64,000 nt of DNA, taken from Macrostomum lignano (lineage: Eukaryota). Each line of letters starts with the position of its first letter. Positions within the stretch are counted from its first letter, which is position 1. Location: the NCBI GenBank assembly GCA_002269645.1, contig NIVC01000704.1, forward strand, positions 203,692 through 267,691, written 5' to 3'. The translations under genes were made by a program, and so were the position numbers. The notes beneath the pieces were generated by a model that saw only the letters and a program-made list of their open reading frames with translations, was not told the origin of the DNA and made no database searches. Positions 12,280-30,088 of the stretch are shown here, piece by piece.

Positions 12280-14097
12280 CACTGCTTTGTCAGCAATTTG
12301 AGCAGCTTAGCATGCATGCAATTTAGAAAATTAAATAAAAATCAAAGAATTCTGGAAGCATATAGAAATAATAATAATCAGTATTTAAATGTATGTTTGT
12401 GATTGCACACAAGACAAAATAGTTTTTAGTTTACTTAGTGCCACATCATTATTCGATCACTGGTAAGAATTGAGAAATATTATTCTATGAAATTGTGTTA
12501 CCCATTATTTAAAATATCTTTTAATGTTATATTCACATAAAATACAAATTGAAAATTTGTTTTTTATTACTTAGAATTGAAGTTAGCAATAGGGGGATAT
12601 TCAGCCAACCCCAGAGAAAGAAATAATTGAAGAGAAACTAGGCCGAATTGCATAAAAGGCTTATTGATAACATTTGACAGCCTTAAGGTATAAGGCATTA
12701 TTCAAGTACTGCCTTGAATGAGCAAGTCATAGACTAGCTCATAACAGAATATAATGACAAAAAGAAATTTGAATTTTTTTTATTTGTATACAAATGTATG
12801 CCAATAAAAAACTCACTAGATACTATATTAGCAAGCTTTAGACTACAGGCCAGAGATGACCCACAAAGCTTCTACATCTAGCCACTTGCAGCGTTACCAC
12901 TCAAGCTATAATAAATCTTTGTGCAGCCAAGACTGTCCTTTTTATTTATAAGTTGGTAAAGCATATTCTGCTTTTATGCAATGAAAAAGCTTTTTTTGCA
13001 AAATAAATACATGTCTTGCACTTTTGACAAGTCCTTCAATTATGCAAGGTTGGGCTGAAAATCCATCAACCCAATGCATAAATTAAATGCAAAACATTTG
13101 AAATCAATGACAAAATGCTCTATGAGCTATTCCTGTCCAAAACAATAGCTAAGACAGTTCTCCAAATTATATGCCACTATACCATTGCATGCCTCTATTG
13201 AAATAGACCTATTGTATATATTAATGCATCTATAACATGGCTAACTCTCTTCTATAGTATTGCTATTATGCAGCTAGGCCCTTAAGCACTTATAAGAGGT
13301 CCAAAAATGGGAAATACACATCTACAACACATTTACATCTAGTACAATTAATTACATATAGTGTCAAGGTAGTAATTTAAGTAGTTTTATAATGTATTTC
13401 ATTTGGGAGGTAGACTATTAACTTATTGATTTTCCCTGCATTGCTTGATTTAATGTACATGCTTTATTCCGTTTGCTATGTATGCTGGTCTAGCCTAGGC
13501 CCATTTTATCTACCCCTCTACACTGGCAAATAAATATATTATTGTGAGGGCTTACTAACCCTATGTATAATTTTTTTGGTTATTGTCTTGCTTGAGTCTT
13601 AGCTCCAAATAGTTTGGCAGACTATCAGTCTCTTTATTTCTATAGTACACTCTATTGACCATTGTGTATAAATAAGTATAAATCTTATATAAAAGCATAA
13701 AAAGGTAATTTGATAAAAAATGATTGACTATCCCACTTGCATAAAAAAAGGGGATTTCTTCATTTTTGCACATTTGAACAGGTTTTGAAAATTTGTGCAG
13801 CTGTGCACAATTTGTGCAGGCATGGCAACACTGGCCACTTGGTCCCTTTAGATGCTATTGGTATTTTATTTGTTAAATTTGCTTTAATTTTGCTTCCTTA
13901 TCCATTTTCTTAGTTTATTGAATTTTGTGTCTAGTTTTTGGTTGTTAGCTTTGCAACTTACCATTTGCCTTGGTCTATCATAATTTATACTGGCTATATA
14001 TACCAAGTTGGTTGATAATTGCATATGTATATTCATACATATTCAATGCAATTATATATAGCATAATAAATTACCCGCTAGGCCTAAATTTAGGGCC

Positions 14098-14268
14098 AGT
14101 GAAATTTGGCCTTATAAAATAACATGCTAGCTATTTTGGCAATGTGAAGTTTTGGCCTAGTGAAAGATGCTACTAAAAAGATTTTTTAGTATAATGAAAT
14201 TTTGGCCTAGTGAATTTTTGGCCTTGTTAAGGAAAATACTTTTGGCAATGTGAAATTTTGGCCTAGTA
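14098..14268. repeat. Degenerate ~16-bp repeat (gtgaaattttggccta)
   Basis: About 7 dispersed or tandem copies of ttttggc(c/a). Confidence 0.6.
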
Positions 14269-14608
14269 AACCCCCTATAAGTATTACCTACATTAGGCAA
14301 TTAAAATGCCAACTAATTAATATTTAATTTATTAGAGACTAAAGTCTAAAGTTCTAATAATAAGCAAATAGATAACAAGTTAAGACAAATAGGCAATCTA
14401 ATGTTTTTATTTATATAATTTCAATAATAATATAAATATTGAAAATTAATATATTGCTTTTATTTAAATTATACATAATAATAATATAACTAGCTAGCAT
14501 TGCCATTTGCATCTAGAGACTATATATTTTAAACTCTAAGTATATAGAGTCTCTATTAAGACTATTAAGACTATCTACTCTAAGTCTCTATTATTTCCAG
14601 TCTCATAC

Positions 14609-14948
14609 TGGGGATAAGCAAACTCTGAGTCTGGCCCACAGGCCAAATGTGGCCCAAGAAGCCTCTATCCAGGGTCCAGCCCTCAGGTCCATTGAAACTT
14701 CACAATAGCAAATCTGGTTCTGGCCCACTCAAGTTTCATCACTTTTCAGCTCCCTTTCTCTTTTCTCCTCTCTTCTCTTCTTTCTATCCCCTCTTCTCTC
14801 ATCCTATCTCTCGCCCCCTCGGCCCTCCTCTAGCCTTATCTCCCATCTTCTATTCCCTCTTCTTTCCTCTTCCACGTTCCACCTAGCCTGCAGCCATGAG
14901 CTGGATTCCTTATCTGGCCCTTGATATAAAAAAGTTTGCTGACTTCCA
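14609..14948. mobile_element. Degenerate hAT (Charlie-like) MITE
   Basis: Ends tggggataagcaaact and agtttgctgacttcca are imperfect inverted repeats. Subterminal ggcccacaggccaaatgtggccc motif. Flanks tctcatac / atccatac resemble a decayed 8-bp TSD. Confidence 0.6.
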
Positions 14949-15324
14949 ATCCATACTATAGTTTTAAACACTAAGTTATGTTAAGTTTTAAACATAATTT
15001 ATGATTGTATGGTTTTTAATGTGATGTGATATATGTATAACCATATACGAGCTGACATATACGAGTAGTACCGGTACATAGTACATAGCCGATTCTATGA
15101 AAATCGTAATTTTAAACTTTCAAAAAATAGTTTTAATACGTACATATATAAAATGTTCCAACTTTTGTTAAAAACGGAAAGAAAAATACTATAAATACAC
15201 GAGTTTTTGTGGAAGCAATCTGCGCAAAGGAAGCAAAAAGCTATCTGCGTTCTGCCTTTGAGCTTTAAGCAATATATAGGAAGAAAACACCATATTTTTG
15301 ATCTGAAAAAGCAGAGGAATTGCT

Positions 15325-15470
15325 AATTGAGAGAAATTGGAGTATAATCCTCAGAAAGCTGAAGTATATATTACTCAGAAAGCTGGAGTATAATCCTCAG
15401 AAAACTGGAGTAATTCCCAGGAAACTGGAGAGTACAATTCCCAGGAAAGAGGAGTATAATTTCCAGAGAC
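15325..15470. repeat. Degenerate ~22-bp tandem repeat (agaaaactggagtataatcctc)
   Basis: About 6 copies of (c/t)tggag(ag)ta(t/c)aat(c/t)c(c/t)c. Confidence 0.65.
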
Positions 15471-15716
15471 TGGTTGAATATCAACAATATTGGAAAGAAT
15501 CATTTTGAGAGAGGCGACGATTTTAAATTCCCACCAGAAATCTAGGAACGAAAATTCACGTAGTTTGTTTAAATGCGCTCTTCCCCCCTCGCTTGAACTA
15601 GTATAAATACAAGCCGTTTTAGCGCCCTAGAAGCCAACCGATAATTTTGGTTCAACTGCAGCCCCATTTTCTGATAAAGAAACGAATAAGCGGAGTTGCT
15701 TAAGTCTTTCCTCATT

Positions 15717-17327
15717 TGTTAGAACTAAGAGCGAATGCTCATTGGACACGTAGAAAATACCAAGAGCACAAGACGACTAGTCTAAGAGCCACTAACGTGA
15801 CAGCAAAGAGACAAGGCTCAATTTGCCAAGAGCAGAGGGAGAAATACCCCAATAGAAGCATTCGAACTGAAACAGCCAATGAGAAGTCGTAATTGACACA
15901 AGCCAATCCGTAAGAGGAAAGAGAAATCCACCTCGATCCATTGGAGGGCGCCACTTTAGGACTGAGTCACCCCCAACCAGCCAAACAGTGTCTTGCCTTT
16001 CGGGCACTGCGCACTACCAGGGCAATCCGTGCATACGCGAAAGCCCAAGACCCCCCATCATCTCAGGCAAGTTAAGATCAGTATTATAGTAGTCTGTAAC
16101 AAATTTGGTGTCCAATTTAAGATAAATTCTAGAATTAGACCAAAACCCCTACGACAGCTTGGTGGCATTAGCGAGATAAGTCCAAAACATATTAAAACAT
16201 TAGTAAACACCACCTGCAACAGCTTGGTGGCAGGGGTGGGATTATTTACGAAACACAGTCGTACCCCTAGTACAAGTTCAAAGCAGAAATTTGAAATCGA
16301 AGAGCAGAAGAAAGCCTGCCAGAACTAAGCTAAAGAGAAAATGCAGGATAGTCACTCACAATTTCCAAAGAACTACGTGTATTCGTCTGCACCAGCTGTT
16401 AGACAGTATCCGCGAGGGTTCCAGCAGAAGCAGCAGCAGCCCGTTCCGCCACAGTATGCCAACGGAGTACTGCAGTCACGACAGCAGATGTTTGCCCAGC
16501 TGCAGCAGCACCCGAACTCGGGTCAGCCGCGACGTCAGCCGCTGACTTGCTACAACTGCGGGAAGATTGGTCACATCGCGAGGCACTGCAGGAGTGCTAA
16601 GCAGAACAATCCAAGGAAGCTAAGCGAGGGCCGTGTAACGAGGCCGCGCCGATTTAGCAAATCAAGAAGTAAAATTCAGGCCTTTGATTCTGTAACAAAT
16701 GCGTACCAATGTAGCAAACAGTATGCGTGCATGTACGAGCCATTTGAAGACTATAATCAGTTCAGAAGACCAAGCAGAAATCACGCGAATGCTCCGACGC
16801 TGCCGGATGTAGATAATATGCGCGCATCCGATTGCTATTCTGAAGTATGTCGTGAGGAGGAAGAGAAAAGTACTCCAAGCCCAGCAGGAGAGTGCATTAA
16901 GCTGCATGAAAGTGCAAATGAAGAGCCAAGTACAAGTGATGATGCGAAGACGAAATCTAGTAGAGAAGCGGTAATCGATGGAAGAATTCGTACACAGAAC
17001 ATTCGCTTTCTGTTAGACACCGGAGCTGGTAATAACTTCCTAAGTAGAAGCACCTGGAGAGAAGTATGCAGGGACCAAGAAATTCGACCATCCGATAGAA
17101 GAGTGATCACTTTTGATGGATCGGATGTTCAAATTGAAGGAGAAGTTTCGGTGACAATAGAGTTCGAAGAGGTAGAAGTTGAGACAGACTTCTTGCTATG
17201 CAGTCATGAGTGCGATGACATCTTGGGAATGGACTTTTTCATGAACTTTTGTGAGAGCATGAACTTTAGCAACGGAACCATGATTCTGAACACAGGTATT
17301 TGCATTCCGATGCAATTTACCAATTAA
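15717..17327 (+). mobile_element. Truncated, internally deleted Ty3/Gypsy LTR retrotransposon. LTR about 15717-16221, PBS 16225-16242.
   Basis: TGTTAG...CAACA LTR-like ends. PBS tggtggcaggggtgggat is one mismatch from the complement of a tRNA-Leu 3' end (TGGTGGCAGCGGTGGGAT). Followed by a gag-protease ORF. No RT, integrase or 3' LTR seen. Confidence 0.85.
16341..17327 (+). CDS. Retrotransposon gag C-terminus plus aspartic protease (328 aa)
   Basis: CCHC knuckle CYNCGKIGHIARHC; retropepsin FLLDTGAGNNF...DILGMDF. Confidence 0.85.
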   Translation: MQDSHSQFPKNYVYSSAPAVRQYPRGFQQKQQQPVPPQYANGVLQSRQQMFAQLQQHPNSGQPRRQPLTCYNCGKIGHIARHCRSAKQNNPRKLSEGRVTRPRRFSKSRSKIQAFDSVTNAYQCSKQYACMYEPFEDYNQFRRPSRNHANAPTLPDVDNMRASDCYSEVCREEEEKSTPSPAGECIKLHESANEEPSTSDDAKTKSSREAVIDGRIRTQNIRFLLDTGAGNNFLSRSTWREVCRDQEIRPSDRRVITFDGSDVQIEGEVSVTIEFEEVEVETDFLLCSHECDDILGMDFFMNFCESMNFSNGTMILNTGICIPMQFTN

Positions 17328-17704
17328 GTTCCGATACGAGTTTGCCGTACGTAACAATCACGACAGAATTAGTTGTGCCAGCTGCAAAAGTGCTTCGAGT
17401 GTAATATATTTCAGTTAAATTAGGGAGAAATAGCAGCATTGAGATGTTTCAGTGAAGGTAGACGAGTAACTGTGAGTGGAACCTGAGTAGTATAGGTAAT
17501 GGACAACAGTGTAAATAGAATTGTCAACTACCAGCCGGCTGTAGCATGCCGACAGCAGCGGAACCAACAGGCTCTGCACCGCCATGACGAGACTTTGATG
17601 ATTCTGCAATCGGCATTAATTTTGACGGCGGTGACTAACCAAACCCTTTTTTTAGCTTTCAATTTAACTTTTTTTCAAACAACTAACGTTATTTAGCTTT
17701 TAAT

Positions 17705-18017
17705 TTGTGTACTTAATTGTAAATTTGTTTAATCTGTGCTTGATTGTAAATTTGTTTAATCTGTGCTTGATTGTAAATTTGTTTAATCTGTGCTTGATTG
17801 TAAATTTGTTTAATCTGTGCTTGATTGTAAATTTGTTTAATCTGTGCTTGATTGTAAATTTGTTTAATCTGTGCTTGATTGTAAATTTGTTTAATCTGTG
17901 CTTGATTGTAAATTTGTTTAATCTGTGCTTGATTGTAAATTTGTTTAATCTGTGCTTGATTGTAAATTTGTTTAATCTGTGCTTGATTGTAAATTTGTTT
18001 AATCTGTGCTTGATTGT
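17705..18017. repeat. 27-bp minisatellite (CTGTGCTTGATTGTAAATTTGTTTAAT) x~11.5
   Basis: Near-identical copies read directly. Confidence 0.97.
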
Positions 18018-18661
18018 ACATGTTTGACTGTAAAAAATCATTTCTACTTTTACATTTTTGCGCTCCCTAAAATGTACTCGTACAAAGGAAGGGAGTTTAA
18101 CCAAACATTTCAAAGCAGGTGTATGGAAAAATCTTACTTTCTCAAAGTTTCTCGCGTTTTTTAAAAATACGTCTACGTGCGTGTGAAATATTCGTATTAT
18201 TATTAATCTTTCGACTTTTGTTAACAAAACTGCTAGGAAAATTTGTCACGCAAATACACGATTTTTTTGCTAAGTGCTATAAACCACCTTTATTATTTCG
18301 TCTCATTCTTAACTATTTTAGAATCGAGTTTAAGAGGGTCTTATTTATTTTAAGGATTGAAGAGCTGATAGCCCCAGAAATTGAGAGAAATTACGGAAAG
18401 CCGAAAAATCTAGAAACTAGAACACAGTACTTATCTGCGTTTCTTGCCGTGTTAGGCTTGTGCGCAATCATGAACAGCGGAAGTACATGTAAAATGACGC
18501 TACACTTGGCTTTCTTAGAAATGAGCCAGACGCCGCGGTAAGGAACGGGTATTTGCCATATCGATACGTATTCTCTCGAGATATTGAATGTCTCTAAAGA
18601 GGATTTTTCTCTTTGAGTTCTCCAGAGACTGTAAGTACAGTTGGCAAGAAAATGCAGAGGA

Positions 18662-18880
18662 GGGGCAGAGCAAGCTCAGCGGTAAACGCGTCTGACCCCT
18701 GGTTCGATTCTGTGCATGCGCGGCCACATTAATTTGAGGCTTCTACATAAAATTGATCGGGGGGTTGTCTTGAGATTCACACTTATCAGGGCCAACAACA
18801 AGACACCGAGTGTACATGTGTATGAGTGCGTGCCTCTGTACAGTATTGGCGGGCTTGAATGTGCTCAGGAGCCAGCAGAA
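18662..18880 (+). mobile_element. tRNA-derived SINE-like element
   Basis: A-box-like aagctcagcggt, B-box ggttcgattc, then g(g)ccacattaatttg, shared with the element at 30558. Confidence 0.55.
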
Positions 18881-20529
18881 CGGGCAGAATTGCCGTCAGC
18901 GCAGGTTGCAGGTTCTTTTCTCTAGATACTCAACATTATTGAGTTCGTACGTACGAGTACCAACTCGAAAACCTAAAATAGTGCTCAACAACTGCAGCAC
19001 ATGGAAAATCGGTTTCAAGACAGTGAGAGCCGAGTCAGAAGGAAGCGCATCCGATGTTTCTGTACTGCGACAACAGTTGTTAAATGAACTTAAATATTGA
19101 TATATTCGTATTAAATATGGAAACAACTATCGAAGAGCTGCTAAAATGATATTTTAAAGCATAATAAATAATGAATCGATAAAAGGAGTAAATCAGCATT
19201 CATATGTACACGGTCCGTGTGAGCAAAGTATTCAAAGTGTGGATTGATGCTTTCAGTCGGAACAAAAGATCTCATTGTTGTCGGAGGCAACTTGAAGAGA
19301 ACTTTGCCAACTATGGGAGAGGGAACAGTGTTTTTGTGAAAGCAGACTAATATAGCAAACTGTGTGCCTAAAGGGTAAATAATATCAAGTGACAGGGATT
19401 AAACGCTTAGTAAATTGCAGGAATCGTAACTGTGTACCCGTCGCAGGAGGCAGAGAATTGTGTTCTAATAAAAGCGCAAATTCAAACTGAAATAGCTCGA
19501 AAAAAACATGTTGGAACAGGAAACAAATAAAAAATGATATAACATTTTCATGTAGAGTTTGGTGCAGCATTCCAGTGTGACTAAACTCAATAAAAATAGC
19601 TATGGGATCACAGCAGGCAGCCTGAACACAGTTGGAGCTGGAGCAGTCCAGTAGTTGATAAATATGCGGACAGAAAAGCCAAGGTGAAAAATTCTCGACA
19701 AATTTGCTAAAAAAACCCAGAATCAAATCAGAGAATATGTTCCCAATGGTGACACGAGTATAAGCCATAGTTAAACTGGAAAATCGACAAAGTCTAGCAA
19801 AATAGAATAATTTATAATTAATGCTGCAAGAGAAAAGTAGTCATCAACAACAGGAAATAACGCGAGATTTATAGTAACTAATAAAAGATAAACAGAAATG
19901 TTGAATATAGGAAAATATAACTAGTGATGACTAGGAGACGCGGGTGAGCTAAGAGATTATGCAACTGTTCGCTGCTTTCAAACTCACTAAAATTAAACAA
20001 AGTTATAAAGCGGAATCAGCGCACGCAGAAAACGCTAACGAGTTTAAATAATGCTCAGCATTCAGCTCCCAATCGCTCGGAATCTGCCCGACTCTGCAGC
20101 AGCAAAGTCGCGCTATCTGCAGTATAGCTTGCATATAGGACTATTTTTAAGCGGCAAACTCCTAACAGACTACTGACACTCAATCGAAAAGTAGAAACAA
20201 TAGCAAAGCATCATCTCGTGAAACTTTAATCCTAAGAACTTCAGAACCAGCTTGGTTAATCAGTGAATTTCTGCTTCAAGTTATTGTTTTAAAACTTTGA
20301 CTTTAGGCAGTTTACCGATGTCAGGGGAAGAAGTTGAAAATTCCCAAAATCAACTTCCCAGTCAGTCTTTCTTTTGTGACCCAGATTGCGTAGCAACGGG
20401 AATTTTTTAAGCCTAATAAAACTAAAATAAGATTTATAGTTTGTCAGCAGAGCCCGAACAAAAGCAAAGCAATAAATTTTCCCGTTGCTATGCAATTAGG
20501 ATGCCGCTCTTCAGCGCACGCCTGAGTCC

Positions 20530-26987
<6,458 letters not shown>

Positions 26988-28414
26988 TTCCACCCTCGAC
27001 AGAAATAGGTTTTGCGCTCGTAATCCAGATAACTCAGTATTGCTGCGGCGGGTAAAACTTCATACGACTTAGATCAATAACGACTGGCAGAAGTCTGCAA
27101 GGGGCCGGGCACGAAAATAAAAAATAAATTTCGAATTTTATTTCGGACCTGCGTTCAACTCTAATCATAAATTAAACAAAAATTTAAATAAAACTCATGG
27201 TTTTTAAACTTTTTTCGTACTTTTTAAATACATTATCTATGTAGTTTATCTATAATTTAACATAATATTGTTCATCTGACATTGCAAATTTTTTCACGAA
27301 CAGGTACAGTATATTGCGTATCAAGTATCATTATATCTAATGCCAGATTAAATTGTATTGGATTAGTGTCGTCTATTTCTGTGCCACTTTGACTAGAGCC
27401 TGCTACAGATTCTCCGATAGTGATATATGGAGCTGATCACGATTGTACACGTATATAGTACAGCAGGCCAGGTGACTTTATAGATTATATGCATATGATT
27501 CCAACTTCGGTGTGTTGTAAATGTAGATCAATATAATATTCGCTTTCTTGGTGTCTAGTACTAAATTTTTAGACTAAAAATTCTAAATCTATTAAAATCA
27601 CACAAATAAAGTCCACATGATGGACAGCAGCACGACCTTGGGTTCGCCCCAGGATCACTGTAGTAAGTACTGTATATCTACAGTTATCCTATTGGGTTCG
27701 CCTGGTGTACATTCTTACACTAATTTTGAGGTCAGCCATTCCATAGCGACTATTATACGCTCGTACATTTACTGTATTTTGTCCTTTGAATGACTTTTCA
27801 GTTATTTTAGCGCATATTTTATTGTACTTTGATGGCAATAATACATATACTCGTATATGATGAGGACGCACTTTTTCCAAAATTCCACGCTCGCACATGG
27901 GCTCTATCTTGCTAGCCTACTAACAGCAGGCTATGGGCATTTTTCTTCTTTTTATGTAAATTTTCATAGAATTCATACTACGAGTAATTATATGATCTTG
28001 CCATACTAGTAGTTATATAAGAACATAGGCGCAGCTTTTGGGTTATAAATCATCGCTTTTGAAGCTGGTCTGACAGCCACCTGCGCCTCACTCAGTGCTG
28101 GGACTGGTGCCAGATGGTCTGAGGGGATGCAAATGATAGCTTTTTTTCTCATCATTTTGACAGGCCATCAAGATTGATGAGGTCAGGGCCTATTGTTCGT
28201 GTTCACTTAAGCGTGTGACAGCTTTGACAGCTATGTGTTTTACCCCTAAAAGTACGTTGGGATTAGCGATTAGCGATTTCTCTTCATTATCTTCACAATT
28301 TCTACTTAATAAGAGCTTTCTAATGCATATTTTTTTATTAATTTTTGTCATTCCTACGCGAAAGGTCATAAATCATAAATCATGTAGCGATTTTGAGTGA
28401 TTTATGACTGCACC

Positions 28415-29110
28415 TGTCGTATTTTTATGGCCCCGAGGGAACTGATAGGATTTCTTGGTCACGTGAGTTTGGGTGGCAATTCAAGCTCAGCCAATCAGAA
28501 AATTCGACGTGCATTATAACAAATCGGCTCAGCCAATCAGAATCGAGGTGTTCCATTATAACAAATTGCGGTCCAGTTGGCGGCTATTTAAACCGGTGTT
28601 TTTGGCCCGCTTGGACTCCAACCGTTGCACTCTCGGGACACTCTCTGAACCCTTGCGCTCCACCCGGTTCCACTTCTGGTTCCCGGAGCTCGACCGTCGT
28701 CTCTTGATCCCCGGATCGCGACTCCTCTTGTCATCATCAAGGACGAATCCCCCCGGTCGTCAGCAGCGAACATCAAAGTAAAGATCATCACCTGCTAGCT
28801 ATCTGCGAAGATTGTGACATCAGCATCATCCCGGGCCTACAGCTGCGAAGCACTAAGCCAATTCGGTCACTGTGGATTACCTGGTCTCCGGCTGTTGAGT
28901 TTCTGATTGGTTGGGTGAGAGGCTACCTAGACTTGCTTGATTGGGTGATTCCTTATCTGTCCCCTGTTTTAGTTGCTGGATTAGGCGCACATATTTGCTC
29001 ATTTTGTTCAACAGTGCTGTTATCGAGGCAGAATTCACTTAATAATACTGTTAGTAGTCTGAAACTCCAATTCAATCTGAGGTGTGAAGTGAATCAGTGA
29101 GAAGGTTAAA
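28415..29110. mobile_element. Possible solo-LTR-like element between the MCT and basigin genes
   Basis: Starts TGTCG, with a possible TGACA end at ~29117. Duplicated ctcagccaatcagaa...cattataacaaat CCAAT module and a GC-rich core. No TSD found. Confidence 0.35.
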
Positions 29111-30088
29111 TCTGACAGTTATTTTTATCGGTTTTATTTCTCTGTTCGCCGATGGCTCAGATGAGTACGTAGCTAAGCTAGTAGGCGCCGGTCACAGTGG
29201 ACCAATGGCAAGGCGGTTCTCAGTCGATCAATCTATCAAATCAGTGAGCAAAATTGCCAATAGTGCAAAATCGGCGCTAGAGACGTACTTTGTCCACTCT
29301 AGGTTTGCCGAGCGGCTCGGGTAATGAATCATGCGGTCTCCGATGTTCGAGTTATTAGCGCTACGATAGGCTAGTTGGCGCGTTGAAGGCCAAAAGTACA
29401 ATTCCTCGTATTTAGCAATGTAATAGTACATGTAGCTACCCCATAGTCTCGCCAGTGCAAGAATCCCCTGCGCAAGTCCCCTCTGTACCTGCATGGCCAA
29501 TGCGATCAAGTCCCAGCAGTGTCCCTTAGCAGAAGCCCGATTTCGAAAGTTCCGGTTTCGTGAGCCAGGACGCACGGGCTGGTGGCAGCGGGTTAGTTAA
29601 TCTGCGGATTAGCTAATCTCTACCTTCAAAATTCTCCCTGCTTGACTCTCGCTGTCCCTCTCTTAGCTATAGGACCTAGACTGCTCTTCACAAGATCAAG
29701 CTACCATGGGGCTGACCATCTGACAGGAGTGGGGGGCCAGGACTCTAATTGATTTATTTCTGAGACCTGAGGCCCGAAGGCTTCCTAAAAGGGGCCGAAA
29801 AGGCCGAAACCGATCATATAACTAAATAAATTAAAGGTGTATACATGTAGTTATTGACTCGATCCTATCTCATCAAAATTTGCTTCTCAGAACGTAACGC
29901 AACTTCAATGAATTAACAAAATTTAAGATATGAAAATCGAAAATCGCATGGCACTGGCAGCGCCTAAGTTCGTTTCACATGTACGACCGTCTGTATGGCA
30001 ATACGACCGTGTACTATCAGTTTCCAGGCTGAAGGACAAGTCAAAGATTTATACAAGCTATTTTGCGGGTTTGTGGAAGCCTCTTGAA

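Noticed and set aside
18662-18730. tRNA gene
   Set aside because: A/B boxes are present but no cloverleaf can be folded, and the sequence continues into a SINE-like body.
19385-19768. 127-aa hydrophobic ORF
   Set aside because: No motif or clear splice context; AT-rich chance ORF likely.
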